Assembly (NCBI GenBank): GCA_034435355.1
Contig: DAOTXE010000054.1
Coordinates: 8,135-72,134, forward strand
Source of the DNA: Chloroflexota bacterium
GTDB lineage: Bacteria > Chloroflexota > Limnocylindria > Limnocylindrales > CSP1-4
Reading direction: 5' to 3'
DNA length: 64,000 nucleotides
Made by a program: the position numbers and the translations under genes. The stretch's first letter is position 1; every line of letters starts with the position of its first letter. The notes below the pieces were generated by a model. It was not told the origin of the DNA and made no database searches. It saw only the letters and a program-made list of their open reading frames with translations. Shown one piece after another: positions 8,022-16,602 of this stretch.

Positions 8022-9410
8022 CTACGGCGCCGCGGTCGACGGAGCCGGGGTGAGCGTTCCGCTGTCGGTGATGGCGGGGGCAATCGTCGGCGGGATCACG
8101 ACCTGATCGCCCAGGCCGAGCTTGTTCGGATCCTTGATCTGCGGGTTCGCCTTCACGATCTGGTCCACGGTCAACCCGAACTTCCCGGCGATTCGCGAGA
8201 GCGTGTCCCCGGCCTTGACGGTGTAGACGGTCGGGCTGGGGGACGGCACGGGCGTGATCGAGGGCGCCGCGGACGCGAGCGCGGAAGCGCTTGCCGACGG
8301 CATCGGGGTCGCCCCAGCGCCACCGCCGCCGCTCGTGAGCCCGCGGAACACGAACGGTGCCGCGAACAGCGCAACGGCGGCCACGAGGATGATGAGCCCG
8401 TAGAGGACGGGCCGCGGGAGGGAGGCCAGTCCGTTCCCGCCCGACCGGAGCGACGGGTACGCCTCGAACCGCCGAGGGCGCTCCCAGGACGGCGCGGCGG
8501 GGTCCGCGATCTCCCGCTCGACACCCCGCTCGATCGGCCAATCGGGGATCCGATCGGGGATCCGCTGGGCCATCCTGTCTCGGCCCCGAGCCGCCGGGCG
8601 CGACTGCCCAGGGACACCCGGCCCATCGCCAGCCGGTCTCCGGCGCGGAGGCACCGCCCGCGGAACGCCGCGCGACAGATCCGCGTCGGCCGCCGTGAGC
8701 CCGGTGTCCGCAGCCTCCCCGTGCCGCGCGGCGCGACCGGCCAGGAAGGCCGGGGCAGCCGGCTCCGGCGAGACGAAGCGCGGCTCGGCATCGAGCCCGG
8801 TGATCGGCCCGGGCGGCCCGGCGTGCGTGCCGGCGGTCGGAGCCCCCGGCGTGACGATCCCGGCGAGCGCGGAGCCGGACCACGCCCCCAAACCGGGTCC
8901 CTCCCGGTCGTCGGCGGCGGGCGCCGCGGACGGGCCGGGCAGTACACCCGGCTTCTCCAGGTCACGCGAACCGGCGGCGGGAAGGCGTTCGCGCCGCGCA
9001 TCCGCCTCGGCCGCCCAGGGCGGCGGCGCGGTCCATTCCGCGCGCCCGCGACGGGGCGGCGGAGCTGTGTCGAGCGGGGGGACCGCCCGACTTGCCGTGT
9101 CGCCGGATCGCTCGGCCAGGCGCGGCGCGGTCGGCGCCTCGCGAAGCGATCGGACCGGCTGCTCTTTCGGCGGAGCGGCCTCGCGCCGCGCCCAGTCCAG
9201 GAACGTCGGGCAGCCGGGGAACGCTGCGGACAGGCAATAGGCCGCCTGGTGGGCGAGCGCCCGCGTCGCGGCCGGGCTCTCCGCGAAACACCGGTGCCGG
9301 CGATCGGGCACGTCGGATCGGTAATCCCTGTCATCGTCGAAGGCCACGAACGGACAGACGACCTGTCCATCCGGGCCGGCGGCTCCGCGCTCCGTCATGG
9401 CGCCGATCAT
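8022..9410 (-). CDS. LysM peptidoglycan-binding membrane protein with an N-terminal Cys-rich cytoplasmic motif
   Basis: C-terminal LysM (YTVKAGDTLSRIAGKFGLTVDQIVKANPQI) and one TM (LYGLIILVAAVALFAAPFVF). The N-terminus is CPFVAF..HRCF..AAYC..FPGCPTF. The start is ATG 9410 or 9398. The rest of track ORF 8022..10622 is antisense read-through. Confidence 0.8.
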   Translation of the reverse strand: MIGAMTERGAAGPDGQVVCPFVAFDDDRDYRSDVPDRRHRCFAESPAATRALAHQAAYCLSAAFPGCPTFLDWARREAAPPKEQPVRSLREAPTAPRLAERSGDTASRAVPPLDTAPPPRRGRAEWTAPPPWAAEADARRERLPAAGSRDLEKPGVLPGPSAAPAADDREGPGLGAWSGSALAGIVTPGAPTAGTHAGPPGPITGLDAEPRFVSPEPAAPAFLAGRAARHGEAADTGLTAADADLSRGVPRAVPPRRRPAGDGPGVPGQSRPAARGRDRMAQRIPDRIPDWPIERGVEREIADPAAPSWERPRRFEAYPSLRSGGNGLASLPRPVLYGLIILVAAVALFAAPFVFRGLTSGGGGAGATPMPSASASALASAAPSITPVPSPSPTVYTVKAGDTLSRIAGKFGLTVDQIVKANPQIKDPNKLGLGDQVVIPPTIAPAITDSGTLTPAPSTAAP

Positions 9411-9454
9411 ACCGGGCGCCGGGCCCGGTCGAGCAGCAGGCGGCCGCGCCGCCC

Positions 9455-10273
9455 CTATCCGTGGCGGCGGTAGGTCCAGATGGCGAGCGGGGCGAAGACC
9501 GCGACGAGCCCGGCGATCCAACCCAGCGCGAGCAGCACGGTCCCGGCGTCGGGTGTCCCCAGGATCAGGCCGCGGGCGGCGTTCACCACGATCGTGACCG
9601 GGTTCGCCTGCGCGATCGGGCGCAGCCAGTCCGGCATCGTCGCCACCGGCACGAACGCGGAGCTCGCGAAGGTGAGCGGGAAGACGGGGATGAAGATCGC
9701 GCCCTGCGCAGCCTGCGCCGACTTGGCGCGGAGCCCGATGTTGGCGGACAGCCAGCTGATCGCGTAGCCGAAGAGCGTGACGAGGACGAGCGCGAGCAGG
9801 AACTCCGGGATCGTGCCGGAGAAGCGGAAACCGATCAGGAACCCCACCACCGTCATGACCGCGACCGTGTACGCGTTGCGCAGGAGGTCCGCGAAGGTCC
9901 GGCCGATCAGGACTCCGGACGGTGCCATGGGGAGCGAGCGGAAGCGGTCGATGATCCCCTTCTGGAGATCCTCGGCGAGGCCGATCGCGGTGCCGGTCCC
10001 GCCGAAGACAACGGTCTGGACGAAGATGCCCGGCATCAGGAACGTCACGTAGTCGATGCCCGGCGTCTTGATCGCGCCGCCGAACACGAACGCGAAGAGC
10101 AGCACGAACATGATCGGCGTGATCGTGTCCACCACGAGGAGCTGCGGGTTCCGCACGACCGCCAGCATGTTCCGCCAGCCGAGCGTGATGGAGTCGGTGA
10201 CGATCCACATTGGCCGGCGGCGGCTCTGTGGGATCGGGCGGCCGGCGGCTGCCGGCGCAGTGAGGGCGGTCAT
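9455..10273 (-). CDS. ABC-2 type exporter permease (DrrB-like)
   Basis: Six hydrophobic segments. The 4-nt start/stop overlap with the upstream ATPase gene is typical of the ABC-2 family. Confidence 0.85.
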   Translation of the reverse strand: MTALTAPAAAGRPIPQSRRRPMWIVTDSITLGWRNMLAVVRNPQLLVVDTITPIMFVLLFAFVFGGAIKTPGIDYVTFLMPGIFVQTVVFGGTGTAIGLAEDLQKGIIDRFRSLPMAPSGVLIGRTFADLLRNAYTVAVMTVVGFLIGFRFSGTIPEFLLALVLVTLFGYAISWLSANIGLRAKSAQAAQGAIFIPVFPLTFASSAFVPVATMPDWLRPIAQANPVTIVVNAARGLILGTPDAGTVLLALGWIAGLVAVFAPLAIWTYRRHG

Positions 10274-11313
10274 GCTGCCTTCTCCTCGGTCTTCTCCTGG
10301 GCCGGGCGGCCGAAGCGCCGGCGCGAGCCGGCAGGCCGGGCGTCTCCGGTCGTGTCGGTTGGGGGTGCGTCCTCCGCGCGGTGGCCCGTGAGGGCCAGAA
10401 AGACATCGTCGAGGCTCGGCCTCCTGAGGGCGAGCTCACCGATCTCCAGCCCGGCTCCGTCGATCCGGCGGACGATCTCGGCGAGCATCCCGGCCCCGTT
10501 CTTGACGGGCAGGTGGATCCGGCCGTCGGCGGCCTCCGCGCGCGGCTCGGCCGCGGCAAGCGGGCGGAGGAGCTCGAGCGCTTCGACGGTCCGTGCCGGA
10601 TTGACAACTCGGACGTCGACAACGTCCTCGCCCAGGCGATCCTTCAGCTCGTTGGCGGTTCCCTCGGCGATCAGCAGGCCGTCGTCGATGACGGCGATCC
10701 GGTTCGCGAGCCGGTCGGCTTCCTCGAGATACTGGGTGGTGAGGAGGATCGTCGTCCCGTCCGCCACCAGGTGCTCGATGACCTCCCAGAGCCCGAGACG
10801 GCTCGCAGGGTCGAGGCCGGTCGTCGGCTCGTCGAGAAACAGGACGTCCGGGCTGCCGACCAGGCTCGCCGCAAGATCGAGGCGGCGGCGCATCCCGCCC
10901 GAGTACGTCCGGGCCGGCCGGCCGCCGGCTGCAACGAGGTCGAAGGTCGTGAGCAGCTCGTCGGCGCGCGCCCGGGCCGCGGGCCGGCCCACGTGGAGCA
11001 ACCGGCCGACCATCTCGAGGTTCTCGCGGCCGGTCAGGTTCTCATCCACGGCGGCGAACTGGCCGCTGAGGCCGATGGCGGCGCGCACGGCGTCCGGCTC
11101 CCGCAACAGGTCATGCCCGGCGATCATCGCGCTCCCGCCGTCCAGGCGCAGAAGCGTCGTCAGGATGCGGACTGCGGTCGTCTTCCCGGCTCCGTTCGGG
11201 CCGAGCAGGCCCAGGATGGTTCCTGCCGGTACTGCCAGGTCGATGCCCCGGAGTGCGTGGACGTTGCCGTAGGACTTGCGAAGTCCCTCCGCGGAGATTG
11301 CGAACTCGAACAT
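10270..11313 (-). CDS. ABC transporter ATP-binding protein (DrrA-like)
   Basis: Walker A GPNGAGKTT, signature YSGGMRRR, Walker B LFLDEPTTGLD. Confidence 0.9.
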   Translation of the reverse strand: MFEFAISAEGLRKSYGNVHALRGIDLAVPAGTILGLLGPNGAGKTTAVRILTTLLRLDGGSAMIAGHDLLREPDAVRAAIGLSGQFAAVDENLTGRENLEMVGRLLHVGRPAARARADELLTTFDLVAAGGRPARTYSGGMRRRLDLAASLVGSPDVLFLDEPTTGLDPASRLGLWEVIEHLVADGTTILLTTQYLEEADRLANRIAVIDDGLLIAEGTANELKDRLGEDVVDVRVVNPARTVEALELLRPLAAAEPRAEAADGRIHLPVKNGAGMLAEIVRRIDGAGLEIGELALRRPSLDDVFLALTGHRAEDAPPTDTTGDARPAGSRRRFGRPAQEKTEEKAA

Positions 11314-11451
11314 GCTGCCCTCACCTGTCGCGTGCCGTGTGCGGCCGACACATCCCCTTCGGACGACGGGGCAGGCTGGATGGGTCGGGCGCTGGGCGCG
11401 GCGGCTGGCGTCGGCGTCCGGATGCGTGCTCGCCCGGAGCCGGCGAGGCGG

Positions 11452-11616
11452 CTACCGCCGACCGAAGAGCACGCCGAGGATGCTCTTCAGGAGACCGGTG
11501 ACGGCGGCCAGCACGAAGAGGACGACCAGGCCCACGACGAGCAGCGGCCAGAGCCAGGTCGGGACCACGGCGAACAGGAGAATGACCAGAAGACCAGCGA
11601 TCAGGCAGCCGAACAT
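11452..11616 (-). CDS. Possible 54-aa two-TM small membrane protein (MFGCLIAGLLVILLFAVVPTWLWPLLVVGLVVLFVLAAVTGLLKSILGVLFGRR)
   Basis: Hand-translated ORF below the track cutoff, with GGAG 9 nt upstream of the ATG. Almost all third positions are G/C and there are two hydrophobic helices. Confidence 0.35.
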   Translation of the reverse strand: MFGCLIAGLLVILLFAVVPTWLWPLLVVGLVVLFVLAAVTGLLKSILGVLFGRR

Positions 11617-11740
11617 GGCTCAGGACTCCGCTCAACCGGCCGTGCCGGACGGGGTTCGTGCGCAAACGGTAGCGGAACCGACAGGGTCGGACCCACGTCC
11701 TCGACCACGATGTGACAATGCCGTCGCGACCGGGGGAACA

Positions 11741-12379
11741 ATGAAGAACGCACAGCGCACAACCGCAGGCCATGAGCGACCGACCACCCGCGGGTTCGGC
11801 GCGCTCGCCGCCGGCGTGGCCCTGGTCCTCCTCCTCGGCGGCTGCGTGGCAGCCGGGCCGTCCGGCACGGCCGGCACGGCCGGCGCAGCAATCGGCACCG
11901 GCGCCCCGCCGGCCGCCGTCTCACCCGGCTCGGCGTCGACGGCGGTTCCGAGCGCAGTCGGAACGCCCGCGACGCCGCACGCAACCGCCACGCCCCCGCC
12001 TGCGCCCACGCCGAAACCCGCGGCGACCCCGGCGCCGACCCGGGCCCCGACACCGCAACCGGAACTGAAGCCGACCCCGGCAGCGACCGCGGCCTCCCTT
12101 GTCGTGAAACAAGCGGACAACGGCACCACGCTGCGCCTGGCGGTCGGCCAGGAGCTCCTCCTCGATCTCGGCTCGAACCTGGACTGGGCGCCGACGGTGG
12201 CCGATCAGAACGTCGTGAGCCGCGTCATCGGGGTGCTCGTCATCCAGGGCGCGCAGGGAATCTACGAGGCGCGAGCACCCGGCACGACCGTCCTGAGCGC
12301 GATCGGGAGCCCGCACTGCACTTCCGGCGTCTGCCCCCTGTACAGGGTCGCGTTCCAGGTCACGATCACGGTCAGATGA
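11741..12379 (+). CDS. Secreted lipoprotein with a Pro/Ala/Thr-rich linker and a roughly 100-aa C-terminal domain of unknown function
   Basis: Lipobox LLLGGC after a basic N-terminus. Internal ATG 11741 of track ORF 11276..12379, with GGGGGA upstream. Confidence 0.7.
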   Translation: MKNAQRTTAGHERPTTRGFGALAAGVALVLLLGGCVAAGPSGTAGTAGAAIGTGAPPAAVSPGSASTAVPSAVGTPATPHATATPPPAPTPKPAATPAPTRAPTPQPELKPTPAATAASLVVKQADNGTTLRLAVGQELLLDLGSNLDWAPTVADQNVVSRVIGVLVIQGAQGIYEARAPGTTVLSAIGSPHCTSGVCPLYRVAFQVTITVR

Positions 12380-12412
12380 ACGCTGGGAGGGCCGCCTGCC
12401 CCACCCGGCCCC

Positions 12413-14182
12413 CTACGTCCCGGTCGCGAGCCAGTTGAGGATGTTCCGGGTGAGCCGCGGAAAGTCGGGCGAGACGCCGTGGCTCGACGCGAAGTCCGGG
12501 TCGAGCGCCCAGCCCCAGTAGAACGTGCCTGAGGCGAACACGCGGCCGCCGCTCGGGAGCTCGCGCCAGACGGCCTCGGCCGTCCAGCGCAGCGAGGGCA
12601 GCCGGCCCTGCAGCCCGGCCGCGACCGCGAACGGGTGGTCGTAGGCGCCGCGCAGCGGTCCCCACCACTCGGCGAACGGGAGGACCCCGTCCACCTCGCC
12701 CCCCGCGATGAACCCGAGCGAGCCGTTCGCCGCGAGTCCCGTTCCGGCGAGGAGCCGCGGGTCGGCCCCGGACGCCACGATCGAGTACCGCCCGAGGACG
12801 GACGTGACGCCCCGGTAGTGGACCCCGAAGAGCGGCTGGTCCGCGAAGGCGCCGACGTACGGGCCATCGGCCCCGAGCGAGACGTAGCCGGGACGGCCGC
12901 GCTCCTCGGTCTCCCCGGGCCCCAGCGTCTCGATCGGGGCTTCGGACGACTCCGGTGTCTGGCCCGGGGGCCGGAACGCCGCGGGCACGGGGCCGTTCTT
13001 GAGGCACATGAAGCTGCGCGGCCCGTCCGGCGTCGCGGGCCCAAAGCTGATCGGCCAGTACCCGGTATCGGCGGCGAACATCGCCACGCCCATGTCGCCC
13101 GCCGCGACGTGGCTCTCGAGCCAGCCGTAGAGGGGCGGGCCCCAGTACTCGCCGTGACCGTTGAAGATCACCGTGCGGGGCAGCGGCTGCGCCGCGGGGT
13201 TGAGCGAGAGGTCGTAGTCGGTGGTGAAGCTCACGTCGAGGCCCGCGCGCTCGATCCAGGAGATGAACGGCAGCTCGAGGAAGAAGAGCTGCCCGGCGCC
13301 GCCGTCGCTCGCGTACGGCCGGTCGAAGGAGACCGCCAGGGCCCGCGTGACCCCGGGCAGCGGGTCGCCGATCCGGGTCACGTACACGCTCGAGCCGCCC
13401 CACTGGTTGTAGGCCTCCCAGTTCAGGGCGTTCGAGACCAGGAGGAAGGCCGTGGCCGCGCGGCTGCGGAGAACGAATGGGACGTACGACTGGACACCCT
13501 CGGCGCTGTCGAGCCGGACGAGGTACATCCCCGACGGCCAGTCGGCCGGGATCGGGAACGTGGTGGTCACGTCCCACGGGGCGCGGACCATCTTCGTCGA
13601 AGGATCGACGACGGCCGGCGCCTGCTGCCGGCCCGGCGTCGATTCGATCGTCGCGACTGGGACGAACGGGCTCTCGGCCGGCGCCGCGCCCGACACGCGC
13701 CAGATCGTCGCAACGTACGACGGCGCGGTCGTGGAGACGGCGAGCTTGAGCGTCTCACCCGGGAAGTACGAGGGAGCGGAGGCGTAGCCCTCGATGAGCC
13801 GGCCGGGTTGCGAGGTCTGGTGGATCTGCCAGTCCAGGCTGCCCACGTAGGCAAACTCGGGCCGGTTCTCGAGCGGGACCGTGTCTGCCCGTCCTCCGAA
13901 CGACGCGTTCGGGGTGGCCCCGGGCGCGACCGGCGAGAGGGTGGCGCCGGGCGTCACGACCTGGGGCGCGGGCAGGCCCGTTGGCGCGGCGACGATGCCC
14001 GGTAGCCCCCCGACGACGGGCACCTGCTGCAGGGCCGTCTTCACGTCGCGGAGCCACGGCGGGCGCACGGCGATGAGCACGCCGCTGGCGATCACCCCCG
14101 CCACGACGAGGACTGCCACGGCGGCCGCGATCACGCGCCGACGCGAGGGGCGGTGCGGCTCGGGGCCGGTGAGAGGTTCCAT
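12413..14182 (-). CDS. N,N-dimethylformamidase beta-subunit-like (DUF6605-type) protein with an N-terminal membrane anchor
   Basis: LLVSNALNWEAYNQWGGSSVY matches the TxxAYNxWGGxSLY signature I recall for this family. The N-terminal TM is VIAAAVAVLVVAGVIASGVLIAV. Confidence 0.7.
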   Translation of the reverse strand: MEPLTGPEPHRPSRRRVIAAAVAVLVVAGVIASGVLIAVRPPWLRDVKTALQQVPVVGGLPGIVAAPTGLPAPQVVTPGATLSPVAPGATPNASFGGRADTVPLENRPEFAYVGSLDWQIHQTSQPGRLIEGYASAPSYFPGETLKLAVSTTAPSYVATIWRVSGAAPAESPFVPVATIESTPGRQQAPAVVDPSTKMVRAPWDVTTTFPIPADWPSGMYLVRLDSAEGVQSYVPFVLRSRAATAFLLVSNALNWEAYNQWGGSSVYVTRIGDPLPGVTRALAVSFDRPYASDGGAGQLFFLELPFISWIERAGLDVSFTTDYDLSLNPAAQPLPRTVIFNGHGEYWGPPLYGWLESHVAAGDMGVAMFAADTGYWPISFGPATPDGPRSFMCLKNGPVPAAFRPPGQTPESSEAPIETLGPGETEERGRPGYVSLGADGPYVGAFADQPLFGVHYRGVTSVLGRYSIVASGADPRLLAGTGLAANGSLGFIAGGEVDGVLPFAEWWGPLRGAYDHPFAVAAGLQGRLPSLRWTAEAVWRELPSGGRVFASGTFYWGWALDPDFASSHGVSPDFPRLTRNILNWLATGT

Positions 14183-14485
14183 GCCGACGAAAGGATAGCG
14201 ATCGCCCCGGGCGCCCGAGCGTGACCTGGGTCATGATCGAGGGTATGTTCGGCACGTTGACCCGACCCGGCCGCGGACTATGAACGGGGCCTCGCTTCGA
14301 CGAGCGGGCACGTCGCCCAGCTGCAGGCGGTCGACTGGGGCCCCGTGCAGCCCCGGGCCGACCGGGTCATCGCGGCGATCGCCAGGATCGAGGTGTTGTG
14401 CGATCGGATGGCACACACGCCCGACGCGGCTGTGTTCCGCGTCGAGGCGCTCGCCCGCCGCACGGTGCGCTCTCCCCGGCCGCGT

Positions 14486-14514
14486 TTGACAGGTTCCCGG
14501 TGCCCTCCGACACT
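14486..14514 (+). promoter_or_regulatory. Candidate sigma-70-type promoter for sodN (TTGACA, 17-nt spacer, GACACT)
   Basis: Perfect -35 hexamer at 14486-14491. A -10-like hexamer sits at 14509-14514, about 85 nt upstream of the sodN ATG. Confidence 0.4.
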
Positions 14515-14598
14515 TGGGGAGCGGCCGACGCCGCCGGTGCAAGCCCCCAGAGCAGGTCCTCGGGCCCACCGACCAGAGAACGCGAAGCGAGGAGTCCC

Positions 14599-15018
14599 AT
14601 GTCCCGTCTCACCCGCTGGCTGCGCCCGACGACGGTTGCGCACGCCCATTGCGACGTTCCGTGCGGCATCTACGATCCGGCAGAGGCGGTCCTCGCGGCG
14701 CGCACCGTCGCCCGGATGGTGGAGCTGATCGGCCAGATCCCGGAGGGCTCGACCGCGGTCGCCGACCGCAACAAGTTCGCCCGCTGCGTGGCCGTCAAGG
14801 AGCAGCACGCCGAGAAGGTCAAGCACGAGGTCCAGGTCATCTGGTCCGACTACTTCAAGCCCGAGCACCTCGCCGCGTTCCCAGACCTCCATACGAAGGT
14901 CTGGACCCTGCTCAAGCTGGCCGGCAAGAACAAGCAGAGCGTCGACGCGCAGGCGGCCGCCGACCTCGAGGCGGCGACCAAGGAGTTCGCGGAGATGTTC
15001 TGGGCGACCAAGAAGTAG
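14599..15018 (+). CDS. sodN: Nickel-containing superoxide dismutase precursor
   Basis: Ni-hook HCDVPCGIYDP directly after a short propeptide (MSRLTRWLRPTTVAHA). GAGGAG lies 4 nt upstream of ATG 14599. Confidence 0.92.
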   Translation: MSRLTRWLRPTTVAHAHCDVPCGIYDPAEAVLAARTVARMVELIGQIPEGSTAVADRNKFARCVAVKEQHAEKVKHEVQVIWSDYFKPEHLAAFPDLHTKVWTLLKLAGKNKQSVDAQAAADLEAATKEFAEMFWATKK

Positions 15019-15164
15019 CGGACGGTCCGCGCCGGGGCCGCCCCGGCAGCCGCGGAGGCGAGAACGCGGCCAGCGTCCGGCGCGCTGCCGGTGGGCTGTG
15101 GCGGCTCCGGCTGTTCCTCGGAATCTCGGCGGTCCTGGCCATCGCCTGGGACGCGGGCGCGTTC

Positions 15165-15539
15165 GTGCGGCGCGCCCGCCGCGGACCATGGCGCGTGGAG
15201 GTCTCCGGCGAGAGCATGGTCCCGGCGCTCCGTCCGGGCGACTGGCTCCTCACCGACCCGACTCCGTCCCGCTGGCCCCGCCGCGGGACGCTCGTCGTCG
15301 TCCGTGAACCGGCCAGCGACCTCGTCGTGGTGAAGCGAGTCGCAGGGCGGCCGGGCGACCGGGTCGCGGGGTCGGACGGCCCACCGGTCGTGCTCGGTTC
15401 AGCGGAGGCGTGGCTCGCGAGCGACGCGCCGGGAGTCGGGATCGATTCGCGTCGCTACGGGCCGGTCGACGTCGAGCGCCTCCTCGGGCGGGTCGCCTGG
15501 CGCTACGGACCCCCGGGCAGGATCGGCCGCGTGCGCTGA
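15165..15539 (+). CDS. sodX: S26-family signal-peptidase-like Ni-SOD maturation protease
   Basis: GESMVPALRPGDWLL (catalytic Ser context) and VKRVAGRPGD, immediately downstream of sodN. GTG 15165 is the first canonical start in frame. The upstream in-frame stretch encodes a TM-like segment but has no ATG, GTG or TTG. Confidence 0.7.
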   Translation: MRRARRGPWRVEVSGESMVPALRPGDWLLTDPTPSRWPRRGTLVVVREPASDLVVVKRVAGRPGDRVAGSDGPPVVLGSAEAWLASDAPGVGIDSRRYGPVDVERLLGRVAWRYGPPGRIGRVR

Positions 15540-15579
15540 CCATGTCCCGCGGCCCTCTGCCCGCGGCAGGAGCGGCCTT

Positions 15580-16500
15580 CTACCGGCGGGCGGCCCCCTC
15601 GGGCGCTGTGGCGAGCGGGAGCCCGGCGGCCCGGACATCCCTCGCAAACGACGCGAGACCTTCGTCGCTCGTGTCCCAGCGCGATGGGAACGCGACGAGC
15701 CGGTCGAGGCCCAGCTCGGCATAGACGCCGAGCCGGTCAACGCGAGCCTGGCCGTCGGGGCGGGCGTGGTCGTCGCGGCAGTAGAGCGAGATGCGGAGCG
15801 TCGAGGGATCCCGGCCCTCCTCCTCGCAGCGCTGGCGCGCCACCGGCAGTGCCTCGCGGATCTCGTCCGGCTCCAGGAAGACCAGGTTCAGCTCGTCCGC
15901 ATAGCGTGCCGCATACCGGAAGGTCACCTGCTGGCCGTTGCCGCCCACGATGATCGGGATGTGGGGCTGGATGCCCTTCGGGACGTTGAGGGCGCCTTCG
16001 ACGCGGGCGTACGAGCCCTCGAAGGTCGCCTTCCCGGGACCCAGCATCCGGCGGATCACCTCGAGGTGATCGCCCAGCGCACCGAGCCGGACACGCAACG
16101 GCGGGAAATCGAAGCCGTAGGTGACCCACTCGTCTTCCTTCCACCCGGCGCCGATCCCCAGCTCGAAGCGGCCCCCGGAGATCACGTCGAGCGTCGAGGC
16201 CATCTTTGCCGTGAGCGCGGGGTTGCGGAATCCCGTGCAGATCACCATGTGGCCGATCCGCGCCCGCGACGTGACCTGCGCGAGCGCGGAAAGCATCGTG
16301 AACGACTCGAAGGTGATCTCCTCGGTCGGGACCGGCACCGTCGTGAAGTGGTCGAAGACCCAGATCGACTCGAAGCCGAGCGTTTCGGCCTGCTTCGCCC
16401 GTTCGACCGCGTTCGCCCAGGCATCCGCCGGGTGCCAGCCGTTGAACTCGCCCTTCCAGCCCTGGGGAACCATCACCCCGACGTCCATGCGCTTCGTCAT
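15580..16500 (-). CDS. Luciferase-like monooxygenase (LLM) family oxidoreductase, possibly F420-dependent
   Basis: FESIWVFDHF, GRFELGIGAGW, IPIIVGGNG. The start is ATG 16500 (GGGAGG abuts it) or ATG 16488 (12-nt spacing). Confidence 0.85.
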   Translation of the reverse strand: MTKRMDVGVMVPQGWKGEFNGWHPADAWANAVERAKQAETLGFESIWVFDHFTTVPVPTEEITFESFTMLSALAQVTSRARIGHMVICTGFRNPALTAKMASTLDVISGGRFELGIGAGWKEDEWVTYGFDFPPLRVRLGALGDHLEVIRRMLGPGKATFEGSYARVEGALNVPKGIQPHIPIIVGGNGQQVTFRYAARYADELNLVFLEPDEIREALPVARQRCEEEGRDPSTLRISLYCRDDHARPDGQARVDRLGVYAELGLDRLVAFPSRWDTSDEGLASFARDVRAAGLPLATAPEGAARR

Positions 16501-16602
16501 CCTCCCGAGCGTCGACCCTGGAGGTCGTGCGTTGTCGCACCTGCGCGACCCGCAGCGGCCGCGCTCCTCCGTTCCCCCTTCTCCGAGCCTATCATCGGTC
16601 GC

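Noticed and set aside
9411-10622. Upstream extension of the LysM ORF to 10622 (866 aa in the track).
   Set aside because: The extra part is antisense to the ABC-2 permease gene and is Arg/Pro-rich. The LysM protein has plausible ATG starts at 9410 and 9398.
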